A program made the position numbers and the translations under genes. The notes under the pieces were generated by a model. The model was not told the DNA's origin and searched no databases. It worked only from the letters and a program-made list of their open reading frames with translations. From Mobula hypostoma (taxonomy: Eukaryota), in the NCBI RefSeq assembly GCF_963921235.1, contig NC_086097.1:68078001-68142000 (forward strand): DNA of 64,000 nucleotides. Reading direction: 5' to 3'. This document shows positions 25,050-37,035 of the stretch, piece by piece (within the stretch, counting starts at the first letter, position 1; every line of letters begins with the position of its first letter).

Positions 25050-25800
25050 AATTATAGAGTTATAGAGGAATACAGAATGGAAACAGTCCCTGGAGCCCGA
25101 CAGGTCCATGCTTTCCACAGCATCCTCCCTGCTAGTCCAAGATGCCCCATTTGGCCCATAACCCTCCAAGCCCTTCCCCTCAGGTACCTATCCAAATGCC
25201 TCAGATGTTGCAATTGTACCCACCTGATCACTGCCCCTGTAGATCATTCTAGATACTCACTTCCCTCTGTTTATGGAAGTTACCTCTCTGATCTCTTTTA
25301 AATCTCTCCCCTCTTGTACTTGTGCCCTCTAATTTTGAACTCTCCGACCCAGGGGAAAAGACTATAACCTTATGCATGGCCCTCAAGATCTTATAAACTC
25401 CTTTGAGATCAGCCCTCACTCTCCTGCGCTCCAGGGCATAGAGGTTCACCATGGCCAACATATCCCCATAACTCAGGCCTTTATGTCCAGGTAGCCGGTC
25501 TCCTGCATCCTCTCCAGCTAGTCAATGTATTTCCTATAACAGGGTGACCAAAACTGTATACAATACTACAAGTGCTTCCTCACCAATGACTTACATAACT
25601 ACAACATAATGCCCCTCCTCCTAAGCTTGATGCACTAACTGATGAAGGACAGCATGCTAAAGACTTTCTTCACCATTCTGTGAACTCGCATGCCCACTTT
25701 CAGTGAACTACGCACCAGGTGCCTCTGTTGCTCGTCAGTGCTCTGCCATTCACTGTGTAGATCCTGTCCTGTCTGAAGTGTCCAAGATGTTGTTGCTGAA
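25050..25800 (-). mobile_element. CR1 3' fragment
   Basis: ORF 25249..25461 (LYALERRRVRADLKGVYKIL), with a 'tatagagttatagag' tail at the left. Confidence 0.8.
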
Positions 25801-26221
25801 GGACATAATGATGGTAACACCATTAAACATCAAGGGTAGGTGGCTAACAATGATTAACCTGGACTGTTGTGCTAACTGGTTGCTTAATGTGAGGTGACCT
25901 GAATGCTTTTGGTGCATCACTATAGACCAGAACTGCCTCCATAACATAGTGTGCATGTAAAAGTGATAACAATGATAAACTCCAGATAATGTTTAGGCCT
26001 AACATAAATACACAAAGATTCCAAAGTAGATAAATGAATAAATGTATATATAAATGGTAAATGGCGTGCTTGAGGTTGCTAATTCAGAATAATTAAGTTC
26101 TCTGAACCTTTATTGCTCTTGTTACACAGCTGCTTTTAGCTTCTGTGTTTAACAAGTACTGTAGATAGATTTACACAAACGATGAATAAACTGTCTGGTA
26201 TTTCCACATCACTCTACTTAC

Positions 26222-26365
26222 CACTGAAGTGCAGGCAAAGCACTCCATGTTGTCAGCGAATTGGTTTTATGGAGGTTCTTGTTGAAATAGGGAGCAGGAA
26301 GTGTCGAGAACCTGCGGCATTTCTGTCAATAACTGGGATAAAGGCATGGGATTACTGACAAGAAA
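26222..26365 (-). other. Candidate 144-nt exon carrying 5' UTR and a possible start codon (MECFACTSV)
   Basis: ctttgttccatatgtttcag| ... GACAACATGG (ATG at 26248, A at -3, G at +4) ... CAGTG|gtaagtag. Nine codons to a phase-0 donor. Unique sequence with several CpGs. An upstream ORF precedes it. Confidence 0.45.
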
Positions 26366-26519
26366 CTGAAACATATGGAACAAAGTCCTAAAAGTTCTTC
26401 TCTACAAAGGAAGGTGGATTAGCCATACAACACATGATGAACCAACATGTTTTGAGTGAGGGTTATTCTACTGTGCACGAAGCCAGCGATGTCATCGTCA
26501 AAGAGTCGCAGATTCAGAC

Positions 26520-27570
26520 AACCATATGGCACTGAAATGGGCCCTCTGGAATGCTCAGATCATCCACTTTGCTCATTTACACTAATTCCATTTGCCAGCA
26601 TCAAGTCTGTATTGATCAATCACCTTACATGTCTTGATCTCTCTTAAATGTAATGATTGTATCTGATTTCACCACCTCCTCTGGCAGAGTGTCCCAGATA
26701 ACAATAATTATCTGTGCAGACAACCTTCCTCTCAAATCCATTTTAATGCTTCTAATCTCATCTTAAACCTATGCCCTCTTGTCTTTAGTATTCCTATTAT
26801 AGGAAAACTATTCTGACTATCAATCCTATTCATGCCTTTTATAGTTTTACATACATGTCAGGTCACTCCTGAATCCCTTGTGTTCCTGGGAAAACAAGCC
26901 TAATGAACCAGTCTCTCCCTATAACAGAAGTCCTCCAACATCCCATGAATCTCCTCTGCTGCATTTTCTCTAGCACAACCACATTCTTCCTCAGGTTCAG
27001 TGAGCAGAATATGCACATAATTCTTCAACTGCTATATAACCAATATTTTGTAAAGTTGCAAAAAAATGTCCTAACTCTCATATTCAATGCTCCGGCTTCT
27101 GAAGGCAAGCGTGTCTTCTTTACCAATGTTATTGCCACATACAGGATCTATAAACAAGAACCCCAAAGTCCTTCTGTTCATCAATATTTCTTAGTTCTTA
27201 GAAATCATACCTTCCATATTCATATCTAAGTCTTTAATTTATATAGCAGAGTCCTAAAACCAACCCATGTGATCACAGATTTCAATTCAGAAAAGCACCA
27301 CTGTCTCCAATCAAACCAATTTTGCACTTAATTCAGCAACTCAACTCATATCCCATGTGCCTTAACATACTGGACGATTCTCCATGTGGGACCTAGTCAA
27401 GTGTCTTACTATAGCCTATATCAGGGGTTCCCAACTTTTTTTTATGCCATGGACCTCTACCATTAACTGAAGGGTCTGTGATCCCTAGGCTGGGAACCAC
27501 TAGTCTATACAAACAATGCCTACCACCCTGACTTCATTAATGTTCTTAGTTACTCTCTCAAAAAATATGT
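26520..27570 (-). mobile_element. Old CR1 fragment(s)
   Basis: Antisense CR1 text (ttaaacctatgccctct..., gtcaagtgtcttact) similar to other copies. Confidence 0.65.
27422..27502. mobile_element. 81-bp hAT MITE
   Basis: TIR caggggttcccaac and gctgggaaccacta. 8-bp TSD gcctatat and gtctatac. Confidence 0.7.
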
Positions 27571-27639
27571 GCAATAGAACAAGCCTCCATTTAAAATGCA
27601 CAATAGCCTTTTCTCCACTTTCATTGTCATTGCTTCAAA

Positions 27640-28815
27640 ACCTGGGCCTCTGTACTTCCCTCTACAATTAGAACCTCCACTTATTGGGAGACCACAGTCA
27701 GTGCAGATCAGTAAAAATATATCCTCCTTACTGACAGTCAACACAGGCACACCTCAAGGACTCATGCTTAGCCCACTGCTCTACCCTATCTGCTCTCATG
27801 GCTGTGTGGCAAAGTACAGCTCAAATCTCATGGTGATGAAGAGGCACACAGGAGTGAGATAGATGGGCTAGCTGAGTGACATTGCAACAATAAACTCACT
27901 CAGCATCAGCAAGACTAAAGAAATGATCGTAGACTTCAGGACAGGGAAGTTGGGAGAACATACACTAGTTCGCCTAGAGGGATCAGTGCCAAAAAGGCTG
28001 AACAGCTTTAAGTTCTTGGGCATCAATATTTCAGAAGGTCTATACTGGGCTCAATACCATCATGACGCAATCATGAAGAAGACATGCCAACAGACCTGCT
28101 TTGTTAGGGATCTGAGGGGATTCAGTCTGTCACCAAAGACTCTTAAAAATTTCTATAGCTGTGTCGTGGAGATCATTGTGACTAGTTGCATCACAGTCTG
28201 TCATGGAGCTTCCAGTGCACGAGATTATAAGAAGATGCAGAAGATTGTAGACTCAGCCATCTCCAACATGGCTTTCCACACCATTGAGGAAGACATCAAG
28301 AGACAGTACCTCAAGATGGCCGCATCCATCACTAAGAACCCTCACCATTCGGGGCATTTCTTCTCCTCGTTACTACACTGGGGAGAAGCTGCATGCAACT
28401 ATTTAGAAAAGACTTCTTGATCTCTGCCATCAGACTCCTGAATTGTCCATGAAACTATGAATCTTATCTCATTATTCCTTACAATATACACAAAATGCTG
28501 GAGGAACACAGCAGGCCAGACTGCATCTATGGAAAAGAGTAAACAACAGTTGACATTTCAGGCTGAGACCATTCATCTCTGCCCAAAATGTTGACTGTTT
28601 ACTCTTTTCCATTGATGCTGCCTGACCTGCTGAGTTCCTCCAGCATTGTGTGTGTGTTGCTTGGATTTCCAGCATCTGCAGAATTATTTGTGTCTTTGCC
28701 CTATTTATTTATTGTTGTAATTTATACTAATATTTATGTCTTTGCATTGTACTGCTGATGCAAACCAAGAAATTTCATACTATCTAATTAAGTGGTAATA
28801 AATCTGATTCTGATT
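27640..28815 (+). mobile_element. Rex1/Babar LINE RT 3' half and UTR
   Basis: 'LTVNTGTPQGLMLSPLLY' and ORF 27923..28420 'MIVDFR..FKFLGINIS..LKNFYSCVVEIIVTSCITV'. Ends in a ctgattctgatt tail. Confidence 0.88.
28487..28698. mobile_element. Fold-back Penelope pLTR insertion inside the Rex1 3' UTR
   Basis: Short left arm tacacaaaatgctggagg..., long right arm ...ggatttccagcatctgcaga. Decayed hammerhead halves at the centre (28548-28596). Confidence 0.85.
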
Positions 28816-30059
28816 GTAGAGAGAGCAAATCAAGGGATGGGAGTGCAAGAAAGCCTTGGTAAATGCAGAGTACCAGTTGTGGGAAAAGGAGAATAATCAA
28901 TCAGGATTATGTCAGTACATTGTGTGGGGGCACATTCAGATTGGTTGCCAGGTAGAAGGTAGATGGGGGTTATATTGTGGCATCCTTTAGTCACAACTTT
29001 TAAGTGGTTAAAATGTAAACCATGCTGAGAGAGATTAAAGGAGTGTTTTCCATTTGTGGATAATTTATCATATTATTCCAGCAAAATCAGTATAGTAATT
29101 AGCTGAAAATGCTAGTTAAGTATCCAGCAAAGAACAGGAGTGAAGATTATCAGAATGGACACAGATCATAAAATTTCAATAAAGCACTGTGGTGTGTGGG
29201 ATGATGCATGAATCATTTTCAAACCTCAGCTGACCAAAGTTGAATTGTGCAGATTGAAAGGTTGGAGATTTGCATCATTACCTTTGAGGTTCAAGAAGAG
29301 TTTTCTGTAAATTCTCAGCTCTGGATGTTTTCTGTGTTTGGTCATTCCTCTTGGGAAGACAGATTGCCAAGATATGGAATGCTTTTGTACACACTTGGAC
29401 AAAAAGAACTTTCTCTTATTCCATTAATAGGGCAGATTTTAATGATGCCAATCTTTGTTGCTGCACAGTTTTGCATTCAGGTGGCACCGACTTCTTTGCA
29501 GACTACAAGTGGCAACCAGGTCACAGGAGGAGAGAAATAAGACCTCACTTTTGTACCACCATAATTACCTTCTGGAAGTGCAAATATCAAAAGGTATTTT
29601 CAGCATTTATAAATGTATTGCTAATCAGAAACATTTAGAACCAGTGTGAAAATATAAATGATTAAAATATGTAAAATTTAAAAGAAGAATGAGTTTTTAA
29701 AAAAAAACTCATCAAATGCTGTGAATTTTCTAAACACTTGAGTATACTTTGAAATAAAGAAAAAAGTATTTCAATTTACTTTTTTAAATGAAGATACTTT
29801 AAGATGTTTTCATCATTCAAACAAACAGGTCTGTACTAGCAGGAGTGTCTATGCATAGCATCAGACCTACAGAACACTGTCAAAGGTGAGTCTAAGGCAG
29901 ACAAACACTGGTGTAAAGGTTATAATTTATTTCCACATTAGTCTCTGCAGACACCCATGTCCACTGTTTGACTGGATTTCCAGGGAAATTGAAGCAAAGT
30001 GGTTTGGGGTTACACTGTGGAGAGAGCCACCAGTCCACTAAAATAAAATACCAGTGAAT

Positions 30060-30465
30060 TGGAGGACTAGAGAGTCCTTCTCCGAACTCATCATTCTTGA
30101 CTCGAGGTACTTGAAGTCAAAGACTTTCTTAATGGTATCATTCTTTACGGTCTTGAGAGTACCTTCGTCGCAGTTAAACGCCATGTACTCTGTCTTTTTA
30201 GCGTTTAGGTGAAGTCCAACTTCATTGCACTCAATTTCCACTTTTGTCAGTAGCTGCTGTGCTTCCTCCATCTGGTCAGAGAGCAGGACTATGTCATCTG
30301 CAAAATCGAGATCCGTGAGTGCAACTGGTCTGACCCTTTGGTTCATCCTGGTTTTATGATAAAACCAAGCTTGTCATGATCTTTGGTAGCTTGACGCAGA
30401 GCGTAATCAAGGACGATTTTAAAGATGTAGGGTGCCAGGGTGTCTCCTTGCAGCACACCTTGAAG
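30060..30465 (-). mobile_element. RTE-clade LINE RT fragment
   Basis: GVLQGDTLAPYIF.IVLDYALR followed by ORF 30038..30346 'DLDFADDIVLLS..GLHLNAKKTEYM..FKYL'. Confidence 0.85.
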
Positions 30466-30469
30466 TCAA

Positions 30470-30765
30470 TGTTAAGCTATTTTGTTTTGTTGGCATAGAA
30501 GGAAAGGTTGTTGTCATGACACCATGTTGCTAAGCTCTCTATCTCCTTCCTGTACTCTGTCTCATCTTCCTTTAAGATATGGCTCACTGCAGTGGTATCA
30601 TCTGCAAACTTGTAGATGGAGTTGTATCCGAATCTGGTCACACAGTCAAGAGTGTGCATGGAGTGTGAGCAAGGGGTTGAGGATGCAGCCTTGTGGAGCA
30701 CCAATGTTTAGAATAATTGAGGCAGAGTTTTTCTGCCTATCCCTACTGATTGCAATCCGTTGTTC
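30470..30765 (-). mobile_element. Rex1/Babar RT fragment
   Basis: ORF 30477..30704 'IYKFADDTTAV..DETEYRKEIESLATWCHDNNL'. Confidence 0.85.
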
Positions 30766-30769
30766 AGGA

Positions 30770-32040
30770 ACTGTATTGTACACAGTTTTGGTCACCATGG
30801 TATAGAAAGGACACAGTTAAACTGGAAGGAGGGCAGAAAAGATTTACAAAGATGTTGCCAGGACTAGAGAGCCTAAGGTTGGACAAGCCAGGGCTTTACT
30901 CCTTGGAATGTAGAAAAACAAGAGGTGACTTTACAGAAATACAGTGGAATCCAGTTTCGTTCAGATTCCCTTCACTTAACTGGGACACTACGCTCTTTCA
31001 TTGGGACAAAAGGCTGTTGCCGAACAGTTTCCAACTAACATCAGTTGCGTGCACTTGCGCGGTCATTATATGCTAAACAGTGCTTATAGTGAACAGCTTT
31101 TAATTAGCCTCAATTGCACTGCTTTTGTTTGTGTTCAAAAGCAGTGATTTTTGCCACCGATAGTTAGCAAGAAATAAGGAGTAAGACAATTCAGAACGAT
31201 TTTGCTGTGGTTTCAAGCATTCAGGCCCAGCAATGCAAGAAACGCTAGGAGTCAAAATGAAATGATTTAACTATTTCAACAAGTTAGGCACTCAAAGACA
31301 TTGCAGATATTGACAATCATCTTGAATGTTTCAAAGAAAATGAATACTTGAAAGATGCAATCACTGAAAGGATTGATTGAAGGCCGTCCATTATCTGCAC
31401 GAGATGGCTGCACTGATCTTATTCATTTACAGTCGATCAAAAGAATACGGCAGTGTACACTGAATTCCTCCATCAATAACTATTAGGAACTAATACATAG
31501 TTTTATAGTGCTGCTGTGGTACCGATAATGTTCTGATTTGTTCTGTATTTCATTTAAATACATAATTTCTTACTTAGTTAAAATTAGTTTGTGTTTAAAT
31601 ATCTTTTTAACTATTTCCATAAAATTTTGACTAATTGGGGCAGCCACTTAATTGGGCCAAAATTTACTGGTCCCAGTAAGTTCCAGTTAATCGGAATCCA
31701 CTGTATTTAAAAATATGACATGCATATGTAACTGAGATGGTAACAGTTGTTTTTCCACAGTGTGGGGGAGTCCAAAACTAGGGGCATACATTCAGGGTGA
31801 GAGTGAAAAGATTTAACAGGAACCTGAGTTTGGTGAGTATATTGAATGAGCTGCCAGAGTAAGTGTTTAAAGCAAGGACAACAGCATCATTTAAGAAGCA
31901 CTTGGAAAGCTACGTAGAGTGGTGATTAATAAACAGATATGGGCATCTAAGACAGAGATGTGGGTCCTTAAGGAGACTGTGTCAACTCGACTGGTTGGGC
32001 CAATGAACCTGTAACAGTGCTGTAATATTCTATGACTTCA
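30770..32040 (+). mobile_element. CR1 3' fragment split by a Tigger-like transposon
   Basis: 'YCTQFWSPWYRKD..RFTKMLPGL'. Resumes after 31705. Confidence 0.8.
30942..31703. mobile_element. Non-autonomous Tigger/pogo-like DNA transposon
   Basis: ta|cagtggaatccag...cggaatccactg|ta gives CAGTGG TIRs and a TA TSD. Confidence 0.85.
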
Positions 32041-32139
32041 TACGAAGATGATATAAACCACAAGCATACAGAAATCTGAAACTAACTTTGTAAAAGCTTT
32101 ATAAAATTGAAACCAGATCAGTACCATTTAATAAAGAAA

Positions 32140-33050
32140 CATAGTTAGCACCATTGGGCAGTACCTGTGGGGGAAGAGATGGTGGAGAGAGGATTAGTCG
32201 ATGTTTTGGGTTGTGATCCAGGACTGAATGGAGAGGGAAGATAGCCAGTATAAAGAGGAGAGGGGCTGTGGGGGGGGGGGGGGAGACCAAGGTGGGGTAA
32301 AAATGATGGGTGGAAGTAGACAGATATGGAAGAGGAGGAGCAGAGTTGTGAGACATAAGCAGGTAGGTGAAAGGTGGAAGCAGACAAGGGGAAAAAGATA
32401 GGCAGATGGGCCCAGATGAGGAGAGGGGAGTGTGTAAAGTGGAGACAGATGCTGGAGGGATTAAGCAAGGAGACAGAAACTACAGTTGCTGCAATCCAAT
32501 AACTAAACAAGGTTCTAAAAATCATTAAGGGCAAGATGAAGGTCAGATGAAACCAAGAGGGGGAGGAGGCTGAAAATGGCTTGAGGAGGGTTATGGGAAA
32601 GGCAACAAAAATTGGACAATGGAAGATAACCAAATGGCTTGTTGCTTTGAAGGAAGTACAGGTTGCAATTGTGCCCTTGCTTATCACCATTCATCCTCTC
32701 AGTCCACTGTTCACTCCACCTGTCTCCCTCTGCCATCTTTTTTTCTTGTTTCCTTCCACCCATCACCCATCTGCCTCTGTCTCCTAATTCTATCCCTCAC
32801 TCACCCATTCACCTGTCTCCTTTATCCTTCCTCTGCCCACTTATAACCTACCAGCCTCTGTTTCACCCCTTTGCCTCTTTTCATTATACAATCTATTTCA
32901 TCCTCCACTTTCACTCCTGCTTCATGGACCTGACCTGAAATGTTGACAATTGCTCTCCCAGCCACAGATGCTGTTTGATATGCTGAGTTTCTCCAGCAGT
33001 TTCTTTTCTTTTTGCTCCAGATTCTAGCATCTGTAGTCTTTTGCATCTCA
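32140..33050. mobile_element. Inverted pair of old Penelope pLTR fragments
   Basis: Purine-rich minus pLTR with decayed hammerhead at about 32196-32226. Pyrimidine-rich plus pLTR ends ccacagatgctg...gagtttctccagca. Confidence 0.6.
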
Positions 33051-34902
33051 ACAATTAACATTGTGTCTCCCAAATTCCCAAGTGAATATATTCTTTCTAG
33101 AACACATAGTGCACATTATCAAAAATCATTAACATCTATGATTGTTGCTTTAGGTCAGAAGGAACTATTTTTGAAATTATATTTTGAAATGTCATATTCA
33201 TTTTCACAAGATTATGGTTTCTGCATTATAGATTCCATTATCAAATATTATAAACTTCAAGGCTTTGCTACTTTAGTGTTTTGGAATGCACACTACCAGT
33301 TTCTACAGATGCAATAAAGAACCTTCCATGCTATTATTGGAACAAGGTAATAAATAAATGTAGCATATTTGCACAGAAATTGTACTTGACCAAAATAAGA
33401 TTTATCATTTAAGAGAAATTCCAATTAACAATTTTCAGAATTTGTAACCAGGATTTTCATCTGTTTACATCTTACACCCATGAATCAATCTGATTACAAC
33501 CAATCTAGTTAGAAGCATTTAAACTTGTTAAGTTGGAATTTGGCATTGATTATGCAACTGGGACATAAAAGAATAGAAATTGCTGTGATGCATTTCCATT
33601 GAATAAGTAGATCCATTCCATTGAGAGATTCAATTTGCTGGTTTCTGTGTACTAATTAGTTGCTTTGAAATTATTTGTTTCTAGAAAACAGGCCTTCAAA
33701 ATTAACATTCCAACCTTCTACACCATCTTGAAATCCTTAGCAGTAAGGGCCAAAGATGAACAAGGATCCTTTATAAGCAGCAGAGCAAAAAAGTTGTATA
33801 ATAATTTCCTTCTGTTACGTAAGTTGTATTATGTTGCATATACTGTACAAATTGTGTATAACGCCCACTTGCAGCAAGTAATTAGTCGATTATATTCTGC
33901 TTATTTCACCACCAGGTTTGCATATTAATTTGTACCCCAAATAATTGCAATGGAGATTTAATGCCTTAATGTTCAACATTTACGAATATACAAATTATAC
34001 CTTTAAATATTAAAATAGTTTACATTAATTTCAAAGGGTAAGTGGAAAACATTAAAACCCTATATTTACAAATGCATTTTCCACTAGTTATTCAAACATA
34101 TGACAACCATGGTGTAAACTGAATACATTACAAGTTGTATTAATGTAATAACTATTGTGAAATATGACAGTACAATCAAGGTGCTAAAATAATTCTGATT
34201 GTATATTGGTTTTGTGTCCCTTAAAAGCAGGCAGCTGGAATATCACAATAAACGCATTTATATGTTTCGACCCTTGCTTCACCACACTCAGTTTGTCAGT
34301 ATGCTAGATTGTTTTAGAGCTTGATATTTAAACAGTCAGCCTTTGTTGATTTTAAAGTTGGCAGCTCTACTGACATCAGCACAGCGGAGTTGACAACTTC
34401 AAAATCAACATACAGAGGCTGCCTGTTTAAATGTCTTACTGTGCCAATAAGTGATTTGTACATTGGTTTTAACACCAACTGATACAGAGGCTCAGCTCTT
34501 CCATGAACAGATGCAGGAGTGCAGTTAATTGCATCAGTGCAGAATGCATCTGCAGGAGAAACAGAAAGCTTGGAAAAATAACTCTCTGTGTGAAGAGCAT
34601 AGCAGTATTTGCTGATGCAAATAGAGCATGATATACACACAATCTTCCTGGAAACTACAGCAAGTGGTACAAATAAAAAAAAGTTTACAGGGTTTCAAAT
34701 ATATTCAGTTTAAAACCTAAATAAAACAATTGGTGATAATTGTGGTTAATTGATTAATTAAAGAAGCACCTGTGTCTTGTGTAAAAAGTTACTAGTTTGG
34801 AATGTAAAGTATAATTCAGAATATCTATCTACATCAACAGTAGGAATAATGCATAGCTAACATTTAAACTAGCTGGCTAGCTGCTAAGGAGCTACTCTAT
34901 TG

Positions 34903-34986
34903 CAGACATCCCACCTTTCCCGGGAGTCTCCCGCAAATTGATAGTGCTACCTCCCTGAAATGAGTTTTTGCAGGGTGGGATGCCTG
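34903..34986. mobile_element. 84-bp MITE-like element
   Basis: TIR cagacatcccacc and ggtgggatgcctg (12 of 13 match). No TSD visible. Confidence 0.55.
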
Positions 34987-35535
34987 TGTTCCCCTTAAAC
35001 ATTTTACCTTTCACCCTTAACCCAAGACCTCTAGTTGTAGTCTCACCCAACCTCAATGGAAAATGCCTGCTTGCACTTCCCTATCTATACCCCTCAGAAT
35101 TTTATAAACCTCTTAATTCTCCCCTCAATATTCTACATTCTTGGGAATAAAGTCCCAACCTATGCAATCTCTCCATAATACTCAGGCCCTCAAGTCCCGG
35201 CAACATCTTTGTAAATTTTCTCTGCACTCATTCAATCTTATTGACATCTTTCCTGTAGGTAGGTGACCAAAACTGAACACAATACACCGAAATAGGCCTC
35301 ACCAATGTCTCATATAATTTCAGCATAACATCCCAACTCCTGTACTCAATATATTGACTTATGAAGGCCAACCTGCTGAAAGATCTCTTTACAACCCTAT
35401 CTACCTGTGACACTTTTGATTAATTATGGATCCATATTCCCAGATCCTTCTGTTCTATCGCATTCCTCAGTGCCCTACAACTCACGGTGTAAGATCTACT
35501 TGGTTGGTCCTCCCAAAGTGCAACACCTCACCTTG
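34987..35535 (-). mobile_element. CR1 fragment
   Basis: ORF 35228..35413 'LAFISQYIEYRSWDVMLKLYETLVRP..YCVQFWSP'. Confidence 0.85.
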
Positions 35536-35536
35536 T

Positions 35537-36539
35537 CAAGCTGGGAGTGGAAATGAAATGATTTCACTACTTCAACAAGTTAGGAGCTGCAAGGAATTTG
35601 AAGATACCAACAATCATCTTGAATGTTACAATGAAAATGAAGATTTGAAGATTGGAAGGATGCAATCATCGAAGGCATTATATGAAGGCAGTTTATTATC
35701 TGCACTAGGTGCCTGTGCTAATTTTGTTCATTTACAGTCTATCCGAAGAACACAACAGTGTGTTGTTTGTCCGTCATATCCAACAATAGCAGTGAAGGCT
35801 GTGCACTAGAGATTTTAAAGTGGAAAAGCCATTGCACTGGGACAGTTCCACTCTAAACCTTGGAAGATCAGGTCTGGTGGGACGAGTAGTCTTCACAAAC
35901 TGAGGCCTTCCTTGGTTGCAGTGGATGACCATGACTTCTTCTGTGCCTCATAATCCCCTCACTCTCCACAACGTGTTGCAGAACCACCTTCTTGGCTGTT
36001 GTATCTCACTGTTGATTACCCGCCCAATTCAGCGGAGCTGACTTCACATACTAACACAGACATGTCCCTATTTCACTGGTGTATGAAGCCTGCTGAGTAT
36101 CTTCACTTGTTTTAGCCCATCTCACAAAGTGGTGCACCAGGGTATGGCCGCTGTCACATGCAAACAGCTACTTGGAGCCACAGGTGTGAGCTGAGTGTCC
36201 AGTGAGTGAGCTGCCCCAGAATGGACACGACAAGCCCCTTCACCCAGCTGCTTCCTCTCCCTGGACACCCCACAATTGGCAGCATATATGGTATGAATTC
36301 TTCCATTGATATCTACAAGGAACTAATACCACTGTTTTATGGTACTGTAGTAGCAATGATGGTATTCTAATTTGTTCTGTATTTCATTTAAGTACATAAT
36401 TTGTTACTCAGTTAAATGGTAGTTTGTCTTTTTTATACTTTTTTAACTATTTCCATGAAACTTTGGCTAATTGGGGCAGCCACTTAATTGGACCAAAATA
36501 TACTGGTCCCGATATGTCTCAATTAACTGGAATCCACTG
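35537..36539. mobile_element. Second, left-truncated copy of the Tigger-like element, carrying a ~510-bp insertion (about 35761-36272)
   Basis: Shares 'caatcatcttgaatgtt' and the right end 'ggaatccactg|ta' with 30942-31703. A third fragment at about 37190-37555 is split by a CR1 3' end (37275-37440). Confidence 0.8.
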
Positions 36540-36840
36540 TATAAGATTTCAATGATTAGATCCTGGTAAGAGATTAAATGCAGGTATTAACTGTAACAGT
36601 GAAATTCCTCTGTTCTTGAAAAGTGGGATATGCAAATGAAATTACTGTAATGCTTAATCGGGTTCACAAGTCTGGCAAGTGAGACAGGAAATGAACTGAC
36701 ATTGAATGGGTATATTAATAACTTATTTTAAAACAATAAAAATTTGACCAAACATGTGGAAGACGCCACAAAGCTGAATATTCAAAAAACATACATGCAT
36801 TCAACAAACATATTTAGTTAAAAGTGTACGTAGAGCCTAC

Positions 36841-37035
36841 CTTCTAAATTGTCACGTGCAGCCTTGCCTTAAACAAAGGAAGAGAGTAAGCCCCTTCCAT
36901 GTGCTATTTTATATACCCAGGACATTTGAAACTGGACACCAGGCAGATATCCAATGAGAAAAGCAGTTGCAGTTTCTAAATGAACCAATCACAACAGAAG
37001 CAACTTTTGACGATCAGAATAAGGCACACCCCCAC
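36841..37035 (-). promoter_or_regulatory. Candidate Pol II core promoter and short non-coding first exon
   Basis: Minus strand has TATATAAAA at 36915-36907, CCAAT boxes at 36951 and 36985, and CACACCCC at 37025. E-box GTCACGTG at 36851. Donor AAG|gtaggc at 36841/36840. Spacing is canonical for a TSS near 36885. Confidence 0.55.

Noticed and set aside
29829..29885. Plus-strand 57-nt exon candidate (acag|...AAG|gtgagt)
   Set aside because: Weak A-rich acceptor, no partner plus-strand exons and no recognisable peptide.
36904..36915. MEF2 site overlapping the TATA box
   Set aside because: ctattttata does not fit YTAWWWWTAR on either strand.
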